From contig NC_058368.1 in assembly GCF_018350175.1 (NCBI RefSeq), positions 229,898,001-229,962,000 of the forward strand: 64,000 bases of DNA, in the 5' to 3' direction. The stretch is from Felis catus. Taxonomy: Eukaryota. How positions within the stretch are numbered: the stretch's first letter is position 1; the number at the start of each line of letters is the position of its first letter. Shown piece after piece: positions 15,580-28,893 of this stretch. Both the position numbers and the translations under genes were made by a program. Below the pieces are notes generated by a model. That model did not search any database. It saw only the letters and a list, made by a program, of their open reading frames with translations, and was not told the origin of the DNA.

Positions 15580-16889
15580 TATTTTATTCTTTTTCTGACC
15601 AGGATATGAAACTAAGATATGGCAATCCTAGGAAACAGGGATATGAAAAAAGTTGGAAAGACTATGTGCTGTAATATTACCTAAAACAACAATTAAAATC
15701 AGAACTGCCCAGAAATTCAAAGAAAGAAATAGTGAATCCTTTAGTTATTAGAATTAAGGAGAATCTGAATGAATATCTGTCAGGGACTCACGTTTGATAC
15801 AAAGTTTAACTAAATGAACTCAAGTCTCCTCCACATGTTAAATGTTTTTGAGGTCTGATATTCACTTGTTAGTAAATAAAATTTGTTAATTAGTATTCCA
15901 TCACTAAAGATAAATATTGCAAATTATTTTTTAAATATTGGCATAGTTTAAATATATGCAGATTTTTTGTATCTGCTAAGAGTCTTTTCTCTGTTGTCTA
16001 AGGTATTCATAACTTCTAAATAATTTGGTGTCTATCAACAGACTGATTATTAATATGTAGCATTAGAAACTATTGCCTTTGTAGTGAGTCCAGTTAAAAA
16101 CTTGAGCTAAGACATTTGATGAACCTTTGATAACCTGGCGAAAGGGCAGTAGGCATCACTGGGCTAAAAACGTTTCTTCCAGTTTCAAAGACAAGTTAAA
16201 TTTTCAGAGCTTCTGCCATGGCACAGAGTAAACTGGTAGTGGCTCCTGAAGTAAAGTGGGTCATGTTGTTTTGAGGATTTATTCATAAGTGGATATGGGA
16301 TTTAGGCCAATATTTGATATGGTGGGAGAAGTGATATCCTTGGCATCAGTACATTTGATTCAAATTCCTCTAGCATTTTCTTACTACATACCCTTTTAAG
16401 GCATGTAACATCTCTCCAAAATTAAGTTTAATTATCTACTGAAATGAAGAGTCTTATATGAGAGTTATGATGGAATGTGTGCAAATTATAACACAAATTG
16501 TATAAACATGTTAGTTAATAAATTTACTGTGCAACCCCATGGAAATCTGTGCTCCCTAATTAGTTTATATCTGCATCATGAATTTCTCTTCACCAGTCTT
16601 TGACAATTAAACATATATGCAATCTCAAACTTTGGATGAATTCATGAAACCCAAAGGTAAATCTGGGGGTTTCTTTGGTCCCTTAGCAGTTTGTGAGAGA
16701 GGAAGAGGATACTTGGCTGAAGATAAACCATAATAAATAAGCCTTTAGAGTTTTACTTATGGTCAGGATATCACATGCGACGTAATGCTGAAGAGACAGG
16801 ATAAGAGGTATTTTGAAGCTCTTGATTACACTTAATTATATTAAATTTTAACTTTCTAGAAGAATATATAGATCATTTTTCCTGTCGCT

Positions 16890-17062
16890 TTTCTTTTTCT
16901 TTTCTTAGAGAGCGAGCGTGCGTGAGTAGGGGAGAGGAGCAGAGGGAGAGAGAGAGAGAGAGAGAGAATCTTCAGCAGGCTCCATGCTCCATAGGCAGCT
17001 CAACAGCAGGGGGCCTCTATCCCACAACCCTGGGATCATTACCTGAGCCACCAGGTGCCCCC
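16890..17062 (-). mobile_element. Internally deleted Can-SINE
   Basis: (GA)n, gaatcttcagcaggctcc, acctgagccaccaggtgcccc. Flanks ctgtc(g/a)ctt. Confidence 0.85.
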
Positions 17063-18027
17063 CTCTGTCACTTGTCTTAATGAAACTCTTTATAAAGCAA
17101 TAAAGAAACAAATGGGTCTAGAACTCTTGATAATCAGGTCATTTGTATTGCTGTGATTTAAAAGTCGTCTGAAACCACAGGCATGGACGCATGCCCCAGC
17201 ACGGGTGAATGCCTGATGTCAAGAAGTATGGATAAAATCAGAGAAAGCAAGATGTGTGTCTCATCCTGGTGTGCTCCTGGGTCTATTGTTGCAATTGAGA
17301 GAAGAGAGAGGTCTTTCCTACAGAAGCAGGAGCTCAGAGCCAAAGAGGACTGGAAGAATGTTAGGTCCCAGGGTTTACATAAGTCTTAGGCCAGTTAGGA
17401 TTCTCACAAAATGAGATAGGAGATTCCGGGTAGTCCTAATTATTAATTCAAGGATATTAGCCACTGCTTGAATTATATTATGGAAAGTGATTCTGCGCCC
17501 CTCTGAGTTATATCCCCCTTCTTTTTTATACTGGAGGAAGGGACTTCCACAATTGCTGGACTGTAGAAACTATTCCTTGTGCAGTGGTTACACTTTTAAA
17601 AATGACATTATTTTGTCAATTAATAATATGAGTAACAATAGTAATAAATTTCACTCTTAGCCACCAAAGTTGAATTAATTATGTAAAATCCATTCCAGGA
17701 GTTCTGATGTTTCACTGCTATTGGGCTATTTTATGTAAGTGAAAGGAATGCACCCATTTTATTCAGATTTGGGGAGTATTTAAGAAAGTGTTAATGGTAA
17801 GTTTGGTGAAGCCTACTTTCTGCCTTTTCCAAAACTCTCTATTTGATAACAGAATTTCTACTATCGAGACTCTAGTACTTTCTAACTTAATAACTGATGG
17901 TGATTCAATTTTAGGTTGAATGAATGAACGGGTAGTAAAATAAATAACAATGGTTAGGAATTGTACGTGGAGAGAGAAATTAGATGAAATTTGATGTATT
18001 TAGATAGATCAAGAGTTGCAAGCTCGT

Positions 18028-18248
18028 GGGGCGCCTGGGTGGCGCAGTCGGTTAAGCGTCCGACTTCAGCCAGGTCACGATCTCGCGGTCCGTGAGTTCG
18101 AGCCCCGCGTCAGGCTCTGGGCTGATGGCTCAGAGCCTGGAGCCTGTTTCCGATTCTGTGTCTCCCTCTCTCTCTGCCCCTCCCCCGTTCATGCTCTCTC
18201 TCTGTCGCAAAAATAAATAAACGTTGAAAAAAAAAAATTTTTAAAAAA
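18028..18248 (+). mobile_element. Very young Can-SINE (SINEC_Fc-type)
   Basis: CpG-intact head and B-box. Perfect TSD aagagttgcaagctcgtg at 18011-18028 and 18249-18266. Confidence 0.97.
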
Positions 18249-18919
18249 AAGAGTTGCAAGCTCGTGATGTGAATATTTCAGTAGCAATAATCCTCACATT
18301 TAATTATGAAAGACTTTAACCCAAGTAAATTATCTTCTTTATTCACAATAATGTGAGATGTCTGGGTGTTTGCTTGAATTTTACCTTTTTATACTGTGTA
18401 CATAAAGGAATGAGTGAGAAATTGCATTTTCACCTTGTTAACTTTCCTTATTTGTGATTTCATTATTTAAACTAATTAGCTATGTGCATGACTAAATTGC
18501 AATTCTTTTTGTTGCTAGGATTTTCATCTTTTTAGGCATTATGACTTTATAATGATGCAGTGTCACTTTAGGCCTCGTAGAAAGGAATCTACAGTACACA
18601 TGTAGGAGATGAGACACATTGGCGGTGGCTGCCAGGCTCACCTGAGGCCCCTGCTCTGAGGACAGTCCCAGGTACCCCGGGTTTGTGCCATTCGCAGGGG
18701 ATTGATGGCCCCGAGTGGTGACTTGAATAGATATGGACACATCAGCACGTGTCTCTGGGTCTTTTTGTCCCAGAGCTGCATGTTGAGTAGAGGCTGATGG
18801 TCTAACAGATGAAATTTGGGTAATTGGTGACCTTGTTTTCTGACCTGTGAAGAAAGCCAGAATGTTTGGTTCAACTTTTTGAAAAATCCAATGAAACATC
18901 CCAGCATCATTCCAATATA

Positions 18920-18923
<4 letters not shown>

Positions 18924-18954
<31 letters not shown>
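18924..18954. repeat. T31 mononucleotide run
   Basis: Read directly from the sequence. Confidence 0.95.
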
Positions 18955-18955
<1 letters not shown>

Positions 18956-19426
18956 TCATTGTTTCTTGCTTAAACGCGTTCAAATTGAGCTTCAGGTCAC
19001 TTAAAACCAGATGAATCCTGGCTAAATCATGTATTTGGGAATTGATGGGTAAATTTTTAAAGTCAGGCCCATGACTTTTTTCCGTGTATCTTCTGACACA
19101 TTTAAGATGCAAAAGAAAGAAAAGAAAAAAAAAACACTGTGAGTCAAAGCATTGCAGACTATTGACTCCTGGCAAGACCTCTCAAGAACTGAATTCCTGG
19201 TAAAGAACAGTGTAGAGAAGTCTGCTCTCCACTTGCAGCTGTGATTTGGACAATCTTCTGTGGTTGGTTAGAGGAGATGTTCCTTAGGTGAAGAGACATG
19301 ATCAGCTAACAGGAGGGTTCTGGAATTAGCTATTAAGTCAGTTATTTGCGAATATTTGTACCAAAATCATCACAAGGAGCCAGTCAGGGTTTACTCACAG
19401 GGAACCATTACAGTCTTTCTTGATGA

Positions 19427-19624
<198 letters not shown>

Positions 19625-20320
19625 AAAGTAGATTACTATACAGATAAGAGCAGTGACAGTCTGAAGATGTAACGCTTCATGATGTCACTAAAGCCTTTGG
19701 CAGTCTCTTGTGATATTCTTGGGTACAATGAGTCTGTGAATGACAGTACAGTTCACATCAGCACTGGCCGTGGTTAATAAACTGTTGCCCAGAGACTATT
19801 GGATATTAAATTGGGCTTTTTCGTAAAGAAAAAAAAAATCAGTCTGCCTGGACTTACGGCAGTAGAGGGAAATTCAATCTAAGACCGAAATTCTGTCTCC
19901 AAAAAGCTTAAGATATTTCATTTTTGCATGGCTACTACTGTTGCTTTTGATAGTGATAATTGTAATAATAATAGCTAAGACTTACATGCCATTATTAATG
20001 CTAGTGAGGTTTTATTCTTTATCTTCCTGGATCCTTACATTTGCATGTGAGGAAGGTTATGTTAATCCACATGTTAAAATGAAGATGAGACCATGAGGGA
20101 TTTTGCACCTTGCTGGGGCTCTGTGGTGTCCCAGGGAGGGATTTGAATTAAATTGCCTTCCCTTTAAAGCGGGCTCCCTTCCATACTGCCCTATAAATGT
20201 GCATACATGAAGGAAGTGATCAAGGCCACAAATGTTATGCTCTGTGACTTGCCTGAGTAAGGTATTAGAGAAGAGAGAGAGAAGTACCGGCAAGGATCTT
20301 TAGAAGAATTCAGAGATCTT

Positions 20321-20458
20321 GGGGGGCACCTGGGTGACTCAGTCAGCTAAGTGTTTGGCAGTGTGGAGCCTGCTTGGGATTCTCTGTCTCCCTCTCTTTC
20401 TCTGCCCCTTCCCTGCTCTCTTTGAAAAATAAACAGACATTAAAAAAAAAAAAAGAAA
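20321..20458 (+). mobile_element. Internally deleted Can-SINE (B-box region lost)
   Basis: Head ggggggcacctgggtgactcagtc joins directly to gtgtggagcctgcttgggattc. TSD aattcagagat. Confidence 0.88.
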
Positions 20459-21573
20459 AATTCAGAGATTTTCATTTAAAAACGTCATTATTCCCAGGAA
20501 GATAAAAACATTTAAAGATTTATTGATGCATTTCTTTCTCTGTCTGGAAGATTGATTCTAGACAGTTTTTGCTGGGGTTTCCTTTTTTCTTTTTCTACCA
20601 ATTTTAGCTCCACAAAGAACGCCCCTTCAGTCAGATCCATTCACTTTGTTTTCAGATACAATCACAAGAAAAACCTTTCAAGTTCTCCTTAAAAATAAAT
20701 TAAGCCATCACTCACAGCAAACATGACCTCCCCGCGTACGGAAATTAAATATAGAGGGTAATTTACAATTAAGCTAATATTTAACTTGCTGTCAGAGCCA
20801 CAGCCTTGTTACAGACTGATGTGTTTGAGTGAGTGGAGCTCGGAATCCCCATGGTGCCCCTGCGTCCCCTCTGCCTTGCCTCCAGGAAAGCAGGTCAAGA
20901 CAGCAAGCTTCAACGTTAATGATTGAGTTTATCAAACCACTTATTTCAGTCTTAAAATCCATCCAAATTTTCTTGTCCTTTGTACCCTTAGAAAGATGCG
21001 GAGTCGTACCTCTTAATATTAAATTGTATTTCTCCCTATTGGAATGGAGCTGATTTTTAAGCCCTCTAATGATACTGAGGTTGTTGGTAAAGGAATCTCG
21101 TCTTCCTAAGGAAAGTGGGAGACGAACTGCTCTGAGTGTCTGCATGTTTGCATTTCTTATGCATCGAGATGTGAAATATCTCCCCAAAGAATAAATAATT
21201 TGTAAGCCAGCCTTTCTAATAAACAGTAGTAATAACAACAACAACAAATGGTGTTGATGAAATTGCTCAGTCTGGCTCATTTCTCTCCTCCTAAAATAAG
21301 AAAATAAAATACTAACTAAGTTTACTATTTCTGTCTGGCCATAGCCAATATTATTTTTAATAGAAAGATCTAAATATCCGAAGTTCTCGTTTCTCTCTTC
21401 TATCCAATTAGCAACACTATGTACACACCATTTTTGTAACAATGGGACGATAACTTTATTTTATTTGTCTTCACCATGATCCCTAGGCTCATATAGAAGA
21501 ATTGATTATCCAGAAATAACCTTATTTCATATGCTTCTGTTCCCTACCATTTGCCCATTTCCCCTTATATGAA

Positions 21574-21994
21574 TTTTTTTTATTATTTAAAAGTTTATTT
21601 ATTTTGAGAGGGAGGAAGGGCAGAGAGAGAGGGAGAGAGACAATCCCACTGCACTGATGGTGCAGAGGGTGACACAGGGCCCCATCTCATGACCGTGAGG
21701 TCATGACCTGAGCCAAAAGCAAGAGATGGATGTTTATTTTTAAAAAATTTTTCAATGTTTATTTATTCTTGAGACAGAGACAGACCGTGAACAGGGGAGG
21801 AGCAGAGAAAGAGAGACACAGAATCCGAAACAGGCTCCAGACTCTGAGCTGTCAGCAGAGCCCAACGTGGGGGCTCAAACCCACAAGCTGTGAGATTACG
21901 ACCTGAGCTGAAGTCGGACGCTTAACCGACTGAGCCACCCAAGAGCCCCAAGAGATGGATGTTTAAATAAATGACTGACTCACGCAGGTGCTTC
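21574..21994 (-). mobile_element. Older Can-SINE split by a nested younger SINE
   Basis: Body runs 21574-21736 and resumes after 21965 (atgactgactcacgcaggtgcttc). Confidence 0.85.
21737..21948 (-). mobile_element. Nested Can-SINE
   Basis: 17-bp TSD caagagatggatgttta at 21720-21736 and 21949-21965, duplicating host-SINE sequence. Confidence 0.94.
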
Positions 21995-22014
21995 TAAAAA
22001 AAAAATTGATCTTA

Positions 22015-22190
22015 GGAGCGCCTGGTGGCTCAGTCGGATAAGTGACCGACTCTTGGTTTTGGTTCAGCTCATGATCTCATGGTTCGTGGGTTCGAGCCCC
22101 AAATCAAGCTTGGGATTTTCTCTCTCCCTCTCTCTCTGCTCCTCCCCTGCTCGTGCTCTCTCTCTGTCTCTCAAAATAAGTAAACTTAAA
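22015..22190 (+). mobile_element. Can-SINE with short internal deletion
   Basis: Head ggagcgcctggtggctcagtcgg. TSD A-run followed by tgatctta on both sides. Confidence 0.92.
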
Positions 22191-22784
22191 AAAAAATGAT
22201 CTTATTCAAACTTTCTTTCTGAAACTAGTATTTTGGCTTTTTCTGAAAGCCTATTTTAAGCCATTGAAAATTTCAGCCATGTCCACATTGAAAATTGTGG
22301 AAAGTTTCAAAATTCCAATTTCCAGAATGAATAGCTGTTTAGTGGTACTTTATTCTGTTTGCTGTATGCAAAAGCAATCCTTATATCCCAAATTTATAAA
22401 AGTATTATTTGAATTATACCCATTTACTCAGCATCATTGGAAAGTGAGTTTCAAATAAATAAGAGAATTTACATTTAATTTGGGTTTGACCTTTGTGCAC
22501 ACTATAACAATTTTATTTAAATTATCAAGTTATTTTTATCTTAACATTGCTCCATCCTTCAGCAAATTAAGGACAAACACTGAAAACATTTCAAAGTTTC
22601 CTTGATGTGTTGGTGTTGTTACTAGGAGCACTAAATTTATTGTGTTTCATCTGTAATTATAGCAGCAGGGCTATGAAACTTTGGAGAGACAGGCCTGTAT
22701 CTCAAGAAAATCTCTGAGAGTTGCTTTGTTGAAGAATTCCTGAAAGCCTATTTTTTAAAAATTATCTACCATTTTGCCATTAAA

Positions 22785-22887
22785 TACATATAATACACAT
22801 ATATACATATATAAAGTAAAAATATGTATTTATATTTATATGTGTGTGTATATATGTAGGTATATATATGTATATACCTACATATAT

Positions 22888-22929
<42 letters not shown>

Positions 22930-22955
22930 ACACACACACACATATACATATGTAT
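22785..22955. repeat. Compound (TA)/(TG)/(CA)n microsatellite
   Basis: Read directly from the sequence. Confidence 0.92.
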
Positions 22956-23281
22956 AAGGTGAAAACATTTAGCCATGTGATCTCCAGGGCCCTGAAACTT
23001 TCTGAAGTGGTAATTACAGAATAAAAGGTCAAAGCAATTTCCTCCCAGGTGATTTAATGAAAATGATAGTTTGTATGTGTGTAGTTCTTTCCGGTTTACT
23101 GACTGCTCTGCAAACATTAATTTGATCTTGCACTGCATGATCTGATTGGCAGGGGACATTTAGCTAATCTCATCTATAGGTAAAAAACTGGAGAAACTCA
23201 GGGCTTTCAGGTCTTCTCCAACAGTACACGAAATATAAGCTTCAGATCTAAGACGAGAAGTCATTGTTTGAATTCTTACCA

Positions 23282-23470
23282 ATAATAATATTAACTAAAA
23301 GTCATGGATGGCTTACCTTGAGCCAGGTACCTGTGCCACACACATGATCTTAATCCTTTCCACGAGGAACCACCTGTAGTCGTAATGCCCATCTGACACA
23401 TGAGTAAACTGAGGTTTAATAAGATAAATTAACTGGCCTGATGCCATGTGGCTAGCATGTGGCAAAGCAT
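23282..23470 (-). mobile_element. MIR fragment
   Basis: Reverse MIR core gcccatctgacacatgagtaaactgaggttt. Confidence 0.7.
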
Positions 23471-23529
23471 GAATGCTTAAGAGGTAAAGGTTATCCATAA
23501 ATAAAAGTATTGTAAAATACATTTTATTA

Positions 23530-23692
23530 CATTATTCAACCTCTCTATGCTTCTGTTTCCTTATGTGTTAAATTAGGGTTAATAATACTGTCCACCTCGT
23601 AGAGTTGTGAGGATTTCAAAGTGAGTATATGAAGGGAGCTTAAAACAGTGCATGATATGTAATAAACACAAAATAAATATTAGCTACTATTT
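23530..23692 (+). mobile_element. MIR fragment
   Basis: MIR core aacctctctatgcttctgtttccttatgtgttaaattagggttaataata..agagttgtgaggatt. Confidence 0.75.
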
Positions 23693-24115
23693 TATGTTAT
23701 AGTAGCCCAGGAATATATGTTTTTTTAATTATTATTTAAAAGGCAATAGCGAAGCCTGAACATTTATGTAATATAGCTTGGAATTAAACTAGTTGGAACT
23801 GACAGATATGTTTCCATATGTAAGTTGCACATAATGAACGTGTATTACAAGTTAAAACTAGGTCTTGCCAGTGAAACCAAAACCAGTGTCATCAAAATAG
23901 TCAGTCATTGGTAAGAGAAATGTGAATCTCAATGATACATGTTTAAGATCTAAGTTCATAAGAAAGATATTTGAATAGAGTAATGTCTGTGCAGTTAATG
24001 TGGAATAACAGGTGATTAAAACTTGTTTTCCTTCATAGGTTTGTTTAAAGTTAATAGGCAAGGAATCAGATTGCATTGTATTTTGTTTTGCCATGACCAA
24101 GAGTAATTTAGCAAA

Positions 24116-24336
24116 GGGGTGCGTAGGTGACTCAGTCGATTAAGCATCCGACTTCGACTCGAGTCATGATCTCATAGTTTGTGGGTTTGAGCCCTGCATC
24201 AGGCTCTGTGCTGCTAGCTCAGAGCCTGAAGCCTGCTTCAGATTCTGTGTCTTCCTCTTTCTCTGCCTCTCCCCTGCTTGTGCTCTGTCTCTGTCTCTCT
24301 CAAAAATTAATAAACATTAAAAAAATTTTTTTAAAG
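24116..24336 (+). mobile_element. Can-SINE
   Basis: Perfect TSD aagagtaatttagcaaa at 24099-24115 and 24337-24353. Confidence 0.96.
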
Positions 24337-25693
24337 AAGAGTAATTTAGCAAAACTTTAATGCTAGTACTTAGCTCAATCCTAACCGTCTTCTATCCACT
24401 GATGCAGCTATGAGGTGGTCCTGTCCTGAACTTCATCTGTAGCTGCTGAAGGAAGGAACAGGCTAAGGCATTCGGTGAAAAGACGAGGTGCATAGAGTTA
24501 AAGTTTATGATTGATCTTCATCAGTTCCTTTTAACCAGATCAACGCTCGAGGAATTCCATACATAAGTCAACGAAGGAGAAAGTGTAGACACCTTTCATG
24601 TTGTCTTTGCTGTATGTGAGATCACTTCACAGAAAACTGATTTAGGCTTTTTCACAACTACTTACCCATCAACTCCATTTTTAAAATAGGTTCCAAGAAG
24701 TATTTAGCTTTTCACATAGACACAGTCCTGGATTCCTATCTCAAAGCTAGGGAATAAATTCTTTAGAACTATTGTAGGTTCTACCCAGTTAATACTAGAC
24801 GTAATCCCTATAATCTCTTCAGATTTATTGGGCTAGGATTTTAAGAACATCTACTGGGAAGCTTTGTAAGAAACATGCTAAATGAGATCTTATAGTAAAG
24901 GGATAGCAAATTAGGTATACAATAGGATCTTGAGAAAATTTATTTTTTGCATTCAACTGTATATAGATTCACCCAATCAACAAACATGTATTGAGCTATT
25001 CTATGCCAGAACTGGAAAGATTAATGAAAAATTGTGCGTCTTTCAAGAAGTTTAAATAGTAGAGCAGGAAAGAATGTAGTGAATGACAACAGCATGGGAT
25101 AAAAACAGAAATGTGTTATAGGACAGCATAGAAAGGAAAATGGTGAAGCCAAGCCTTGGACGGGTAGGAGAGAGTGCTGTCATGGAATATGGGTCTTGAA
25201 GACTTAGTAGGAGCAAAAAGTAGATGTAGAACAGGAACTAAGCAGCCCAGGTACATCCCTAAATTGTTTCCCCTCTAGTCACCATACAGGTCACATAGAT
25301 TGGGATTTGTTTTGTATAGGTTTGCTGAAATCAAAGAAATAATCCTAACAATACTATCTGAAAGAATGTTTATTACTTTTACCTGTAAGTGAACCTGCTA
25401 CAACAATAGAGCCATACATGTCTCCATGGATAATATCCCCTTGAAGTAGAATCAGTTGATTATGAATGCTTCCCCAAATAACCCTCTCTTCTTGTTATTG
25501 TCTAGTCATTAGTGTTACAGTGTCTGACCACCAGGATAGAGGCAGTGAAATGAACTCACAGACTGGCAATCTAAGGGTGAAGTCTATAGTCCCCAGAGAG
25601 CCAGCAATCCCTCTGAAGTTGCCAGCAGGAATGGTGGGGAGTTTTCTCTGGGCATCAGGAGTGTTCTAGGACAGGCAATGCCACTCTGTAACT

Positions 25694-25748
25694 GCATGGT
25701 GTCACATCGGGCATGGTGTCACAGTGGGCATGATGTCATAGCGGGCAT
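25694..25748. repeat. 17-bp tandem repeat, about 3.2 copies
   Basis: gcatggtgtcacatcgg / gcatggtgtcacagtgg / gcatgatgtcatagcgg / gcat. Confidence 0.9.
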
Positions 25749-25871
25749 CGGAATGAGGGAGATACAATGGCCCAGGAAGAGAGGACTTAGGATCACTACT
25801 TCTCCAGTTTTGGATCTTAGTTTTCTAGATCACCGTGTCTATCATTCCATGTTGAAAATGGGGCCACTTTT

Positions 25872-26100
25872 GGAGCTCCTGGGTGGCTTAGTCAGTTAAG
25901 TGGCTGACTTTGGCTCAGGTCATGATCTCACGGTTCCTGAGTTCAAGCCCTGTGTAGGGCTCTGTGCTGACAGTTCACTGCTGTGCTGACAGCTTTAGAT
26001 TCTGTGTCTCCCTCTCTCTCTGCCCCTCCCTACCCCGCTCATGCTCTGTATCTCTCTCTGTCTCTGTCTCTCTGAAAAATAAATATTAAAAATTCTTTAA
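25872..26100 (+). mobile_element. Can-SINE with internal ctgtgctgacag duplication
   Basis: SINEC head, body and tail. Degenerate TSD gaaaat..ccactt. Confidence 0.93.
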
Positions 26101-26253
26101 AGAAAAATCAGTCCACTTCCCTAGTAATAGTGAAAGAAAGTGACTTCAAACACAAGGAGTTCTGATTTTGTTTTGTAGACAGTGAAATACCACATCTAGA
26201 AGTGGCGATGCTTTGGTTTCAAAGCAGGGGGATGCTATAATCAGATTATTCTT

Positions 26254-26475
26254 GGGGCGCCTGGGTGGCTCAGTCGGTTAAGCGTCTGACTTCGGCTCAG
26301 GTCATAATCCTGTAGTTCGTGAGTTTGAGCCTCATGTTGGGCTCTCTGCTGACAGCTCAGAGCCTGGAACCTGCTTCAGATTCTGTGTCTCCCTCTCTCT
26401 CTGTCCCTCCCCTGCTCGCTCTCTCTCTCTCTCTCTCTCAAATATAAATAAACATTAAAAAAAATTTTTAATGTT
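26254..26475 (+). mobile_element. Can-SINE
   Basis: Perfect TSD tataatcagattattctt at 26236-26253 and 26476-26493. Confidence 0.96.
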
Positions 26476-28689
26476 TATAATCAGATTATTCTTTAGGAAA
26501 AAAAAATGACCCCAGCAGCTTTGTTGAGAATCAGATCAAGGAGCTAAGAGCTTTCACAAGACTCCAGGGGAGAGAAGATGGTAGCCTAACCCAAGGAGGT
26601 AATCTGGGGAATGGACAGGGACATGGGAGGGCTGAAGGCATTGGGATTTGGTCACTGGTTAGATGTGCACAGTCACAGGCAGGAAGTAGGGCATCCTTCT
26701 AGATTAAACCTTCATGTGATTTAGGAAATAGAGATGAAGCACAGCAGTTCAAGATCCAAATGAATTGTTCTTGGATCTGTAAAGTTTCCTTAAGGAGTTA
26801 ATCATCACTCCTTTGCCTACACCTCTCTTGGGACTCTTAGTATTTTCTAACTGGTATTACAATTATCTGTGTTTGTCTCCCCCTCCTAACTAAAGTGAAA
26901 GATCCCTATGGGTTCAGCTTAATCCCTAAAATGAAAATGTTTTTGTATTCTACGTATCACAGAATACATAGCACTCAAGGACTTTGAGTGAAACACTGTA
27001 GGCATTTTCATAAATAACCTCTTGGTCATAATCTACCAATACGATTTTGGGGGTATCTCCACTTATTTTTATTTAAATGAGTATATTTTCTATTTTTAAA
27101 ATATACTTAGATAACAGTTTCATTATAGGATGCTTTAACTAACAAAACATGGGTGCAAATATTAAAATGTTGTTCTTTACAAAATCTTACTATGTTAAAA
27201 AGAGCCCATCTTCTTCTTACAACATTATCTGCATTCTTTTTATATAATCTAAATACTTTGTCTACCATTTCAAGCATGATGGAAGGAACTGTGTGCTGGG
27301 CTTTTTGCCTTCTGCATAACTTTTAACTTTGTACATTGTTTCTGTAGCTCACCATAGTATCTTAGGAAGCAGGAAAAAAATTAAAATCACACAGAAAGTG
27401 TCCCACATTATTGTGTACAATTTTAGAATACAGTATTCGTTCATCATCTTATTTTATCTGACATTGTGACAAGTGTCTTAGCAGATCAGAGAAAAGAGAG
27501 GCTTTTACATGATTAAATTATACTAAGAAACACACACAGCATGTCACAAAATAGTTAAGAATTTTCGCAGAATCAGTAATCACTGGATAACAGGTAATTC
27601 ACATCTCTATATGACTAGGCCTGGGAGTTATCTCTAACTGCTAATGTCCTTAAGGAATAATTACCATAAAAGCACTTTGGACTTGTGAAGTATCTTACAG
27701 ACACTGTAGATTGGCTAAGTTCAACCATCTTCCGCGATAAAAACAGAAAAGCTGAATTTTATCTTCCAGTCTTTTTTTTTGTAGCCAGGTGTGTCTGAGG
27801 CACAGAGCTGACAAATAAGAGCAGACACCGACTATGCCTTTTGAGACAGCTCTCGCTTTCCTGAAAATGGCTGCTGTGCTGCCCTTGCCCATTATCCCTG
27901 CCTTAAATGGGCACAATGCTGTGAACTATAATAGTGGCTTACAGTTGTGAGTTGGCCGGTGACACGCACAGGATGTGAAAGCATCAAGAATTACGGAATC
28001 TGGGTCTTCAGCCTCTTTGAGCCACACCATAGAATTCCTGGACTAAACACCTGCAGACTCATCATGCAAGAAAAATAAACCTCCAGTTTTTAGCCATCAT
28101 TACTCAGATTGTACAGAAGGGCACATCCTAGCAAATACAATAGTATGTAAATAAGTCATGTGAGTATTGTAATTATTAGAAATACTCAAATCTCTGTAAT
28201 GTCTAAAGAGAGCCACAATTAAACCCTTGCAGCAGGATGTAATCTTTTCTTAAAGCCTTTCACTGTGGGAGACTTTTCCACCTCCTTTGGTAATGGTTAA
28301 TGGCTTTCTTTCCTTAATAAGCTGAGGCACATTTTATATTATTCTAAAAATGAAATAAAGCTGATTATGTTCCGCTCGCTGTTTTCACATTTTACCACTC
28401 ATGGAAAATACGCAACTATTCCTTGGGTTAAATGAAAAATCATCTTTTAAAACATTTTTAATCATGTTAAATGTATTTCTTCTAGACATATATGAGTTAT
28501 TATTTAGTGTCATAATTAATGTCCTAGAACTAGCAGAATACAGAAGTTAAGAGTTAGAAAGTTCTTAGAAATATTTCTTTCTGTATCTTTACTTTTTTTC
28601 TGCTTACTAGTTTATTTACCTTAAAGTACATACAGTTAGCTACTTCTTTTTTCCTGGGAAGTCACGGCCAAAGTGGTCATAGGTGAATT

Positions 28690-28893
28690 TTTTTTAATGT
28701 TTATTTGTTTTTGAGAGAGACAGACAGCATGAGTGGGGAAGGGGCAGAGACAAAGGGAGACATAGAACAAGAAGCAGGCTCCAGACTCTGAGCTGTCAGC
28801 ACAGATCCCTATGTGGGGCTCAAACTCACGACTTGTGAGATCATGACCTAAGCCAAAGTCAGATGCTCAACCGACTGAGCCACTCAGGCACCC
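28690..28893 (-). mobile_element. Can-SINE
   Basis: TSD tcataggtgaatt at 28677-28689 and 28897-28909. Confidence 0.95.

Noticed and set aside
18492..19175. 227-aa minus-strand ORF
   Set aside because: Non-ATG start, poly-Lys comes from the T31 run, and there is no recognisable domain or retrocopy hallmark.
20792..21442. 216-aa minus-strand ORF
   Set aside because: Non-ATG start, includes an (AAC)n-derived Leu run, and no homology I recognise; consistent with chance.
25694..25748. CRISPR-like repeat array
   Set aside because: Mammalian DNA, contiguous tandem units with no spacers and no cas genes.
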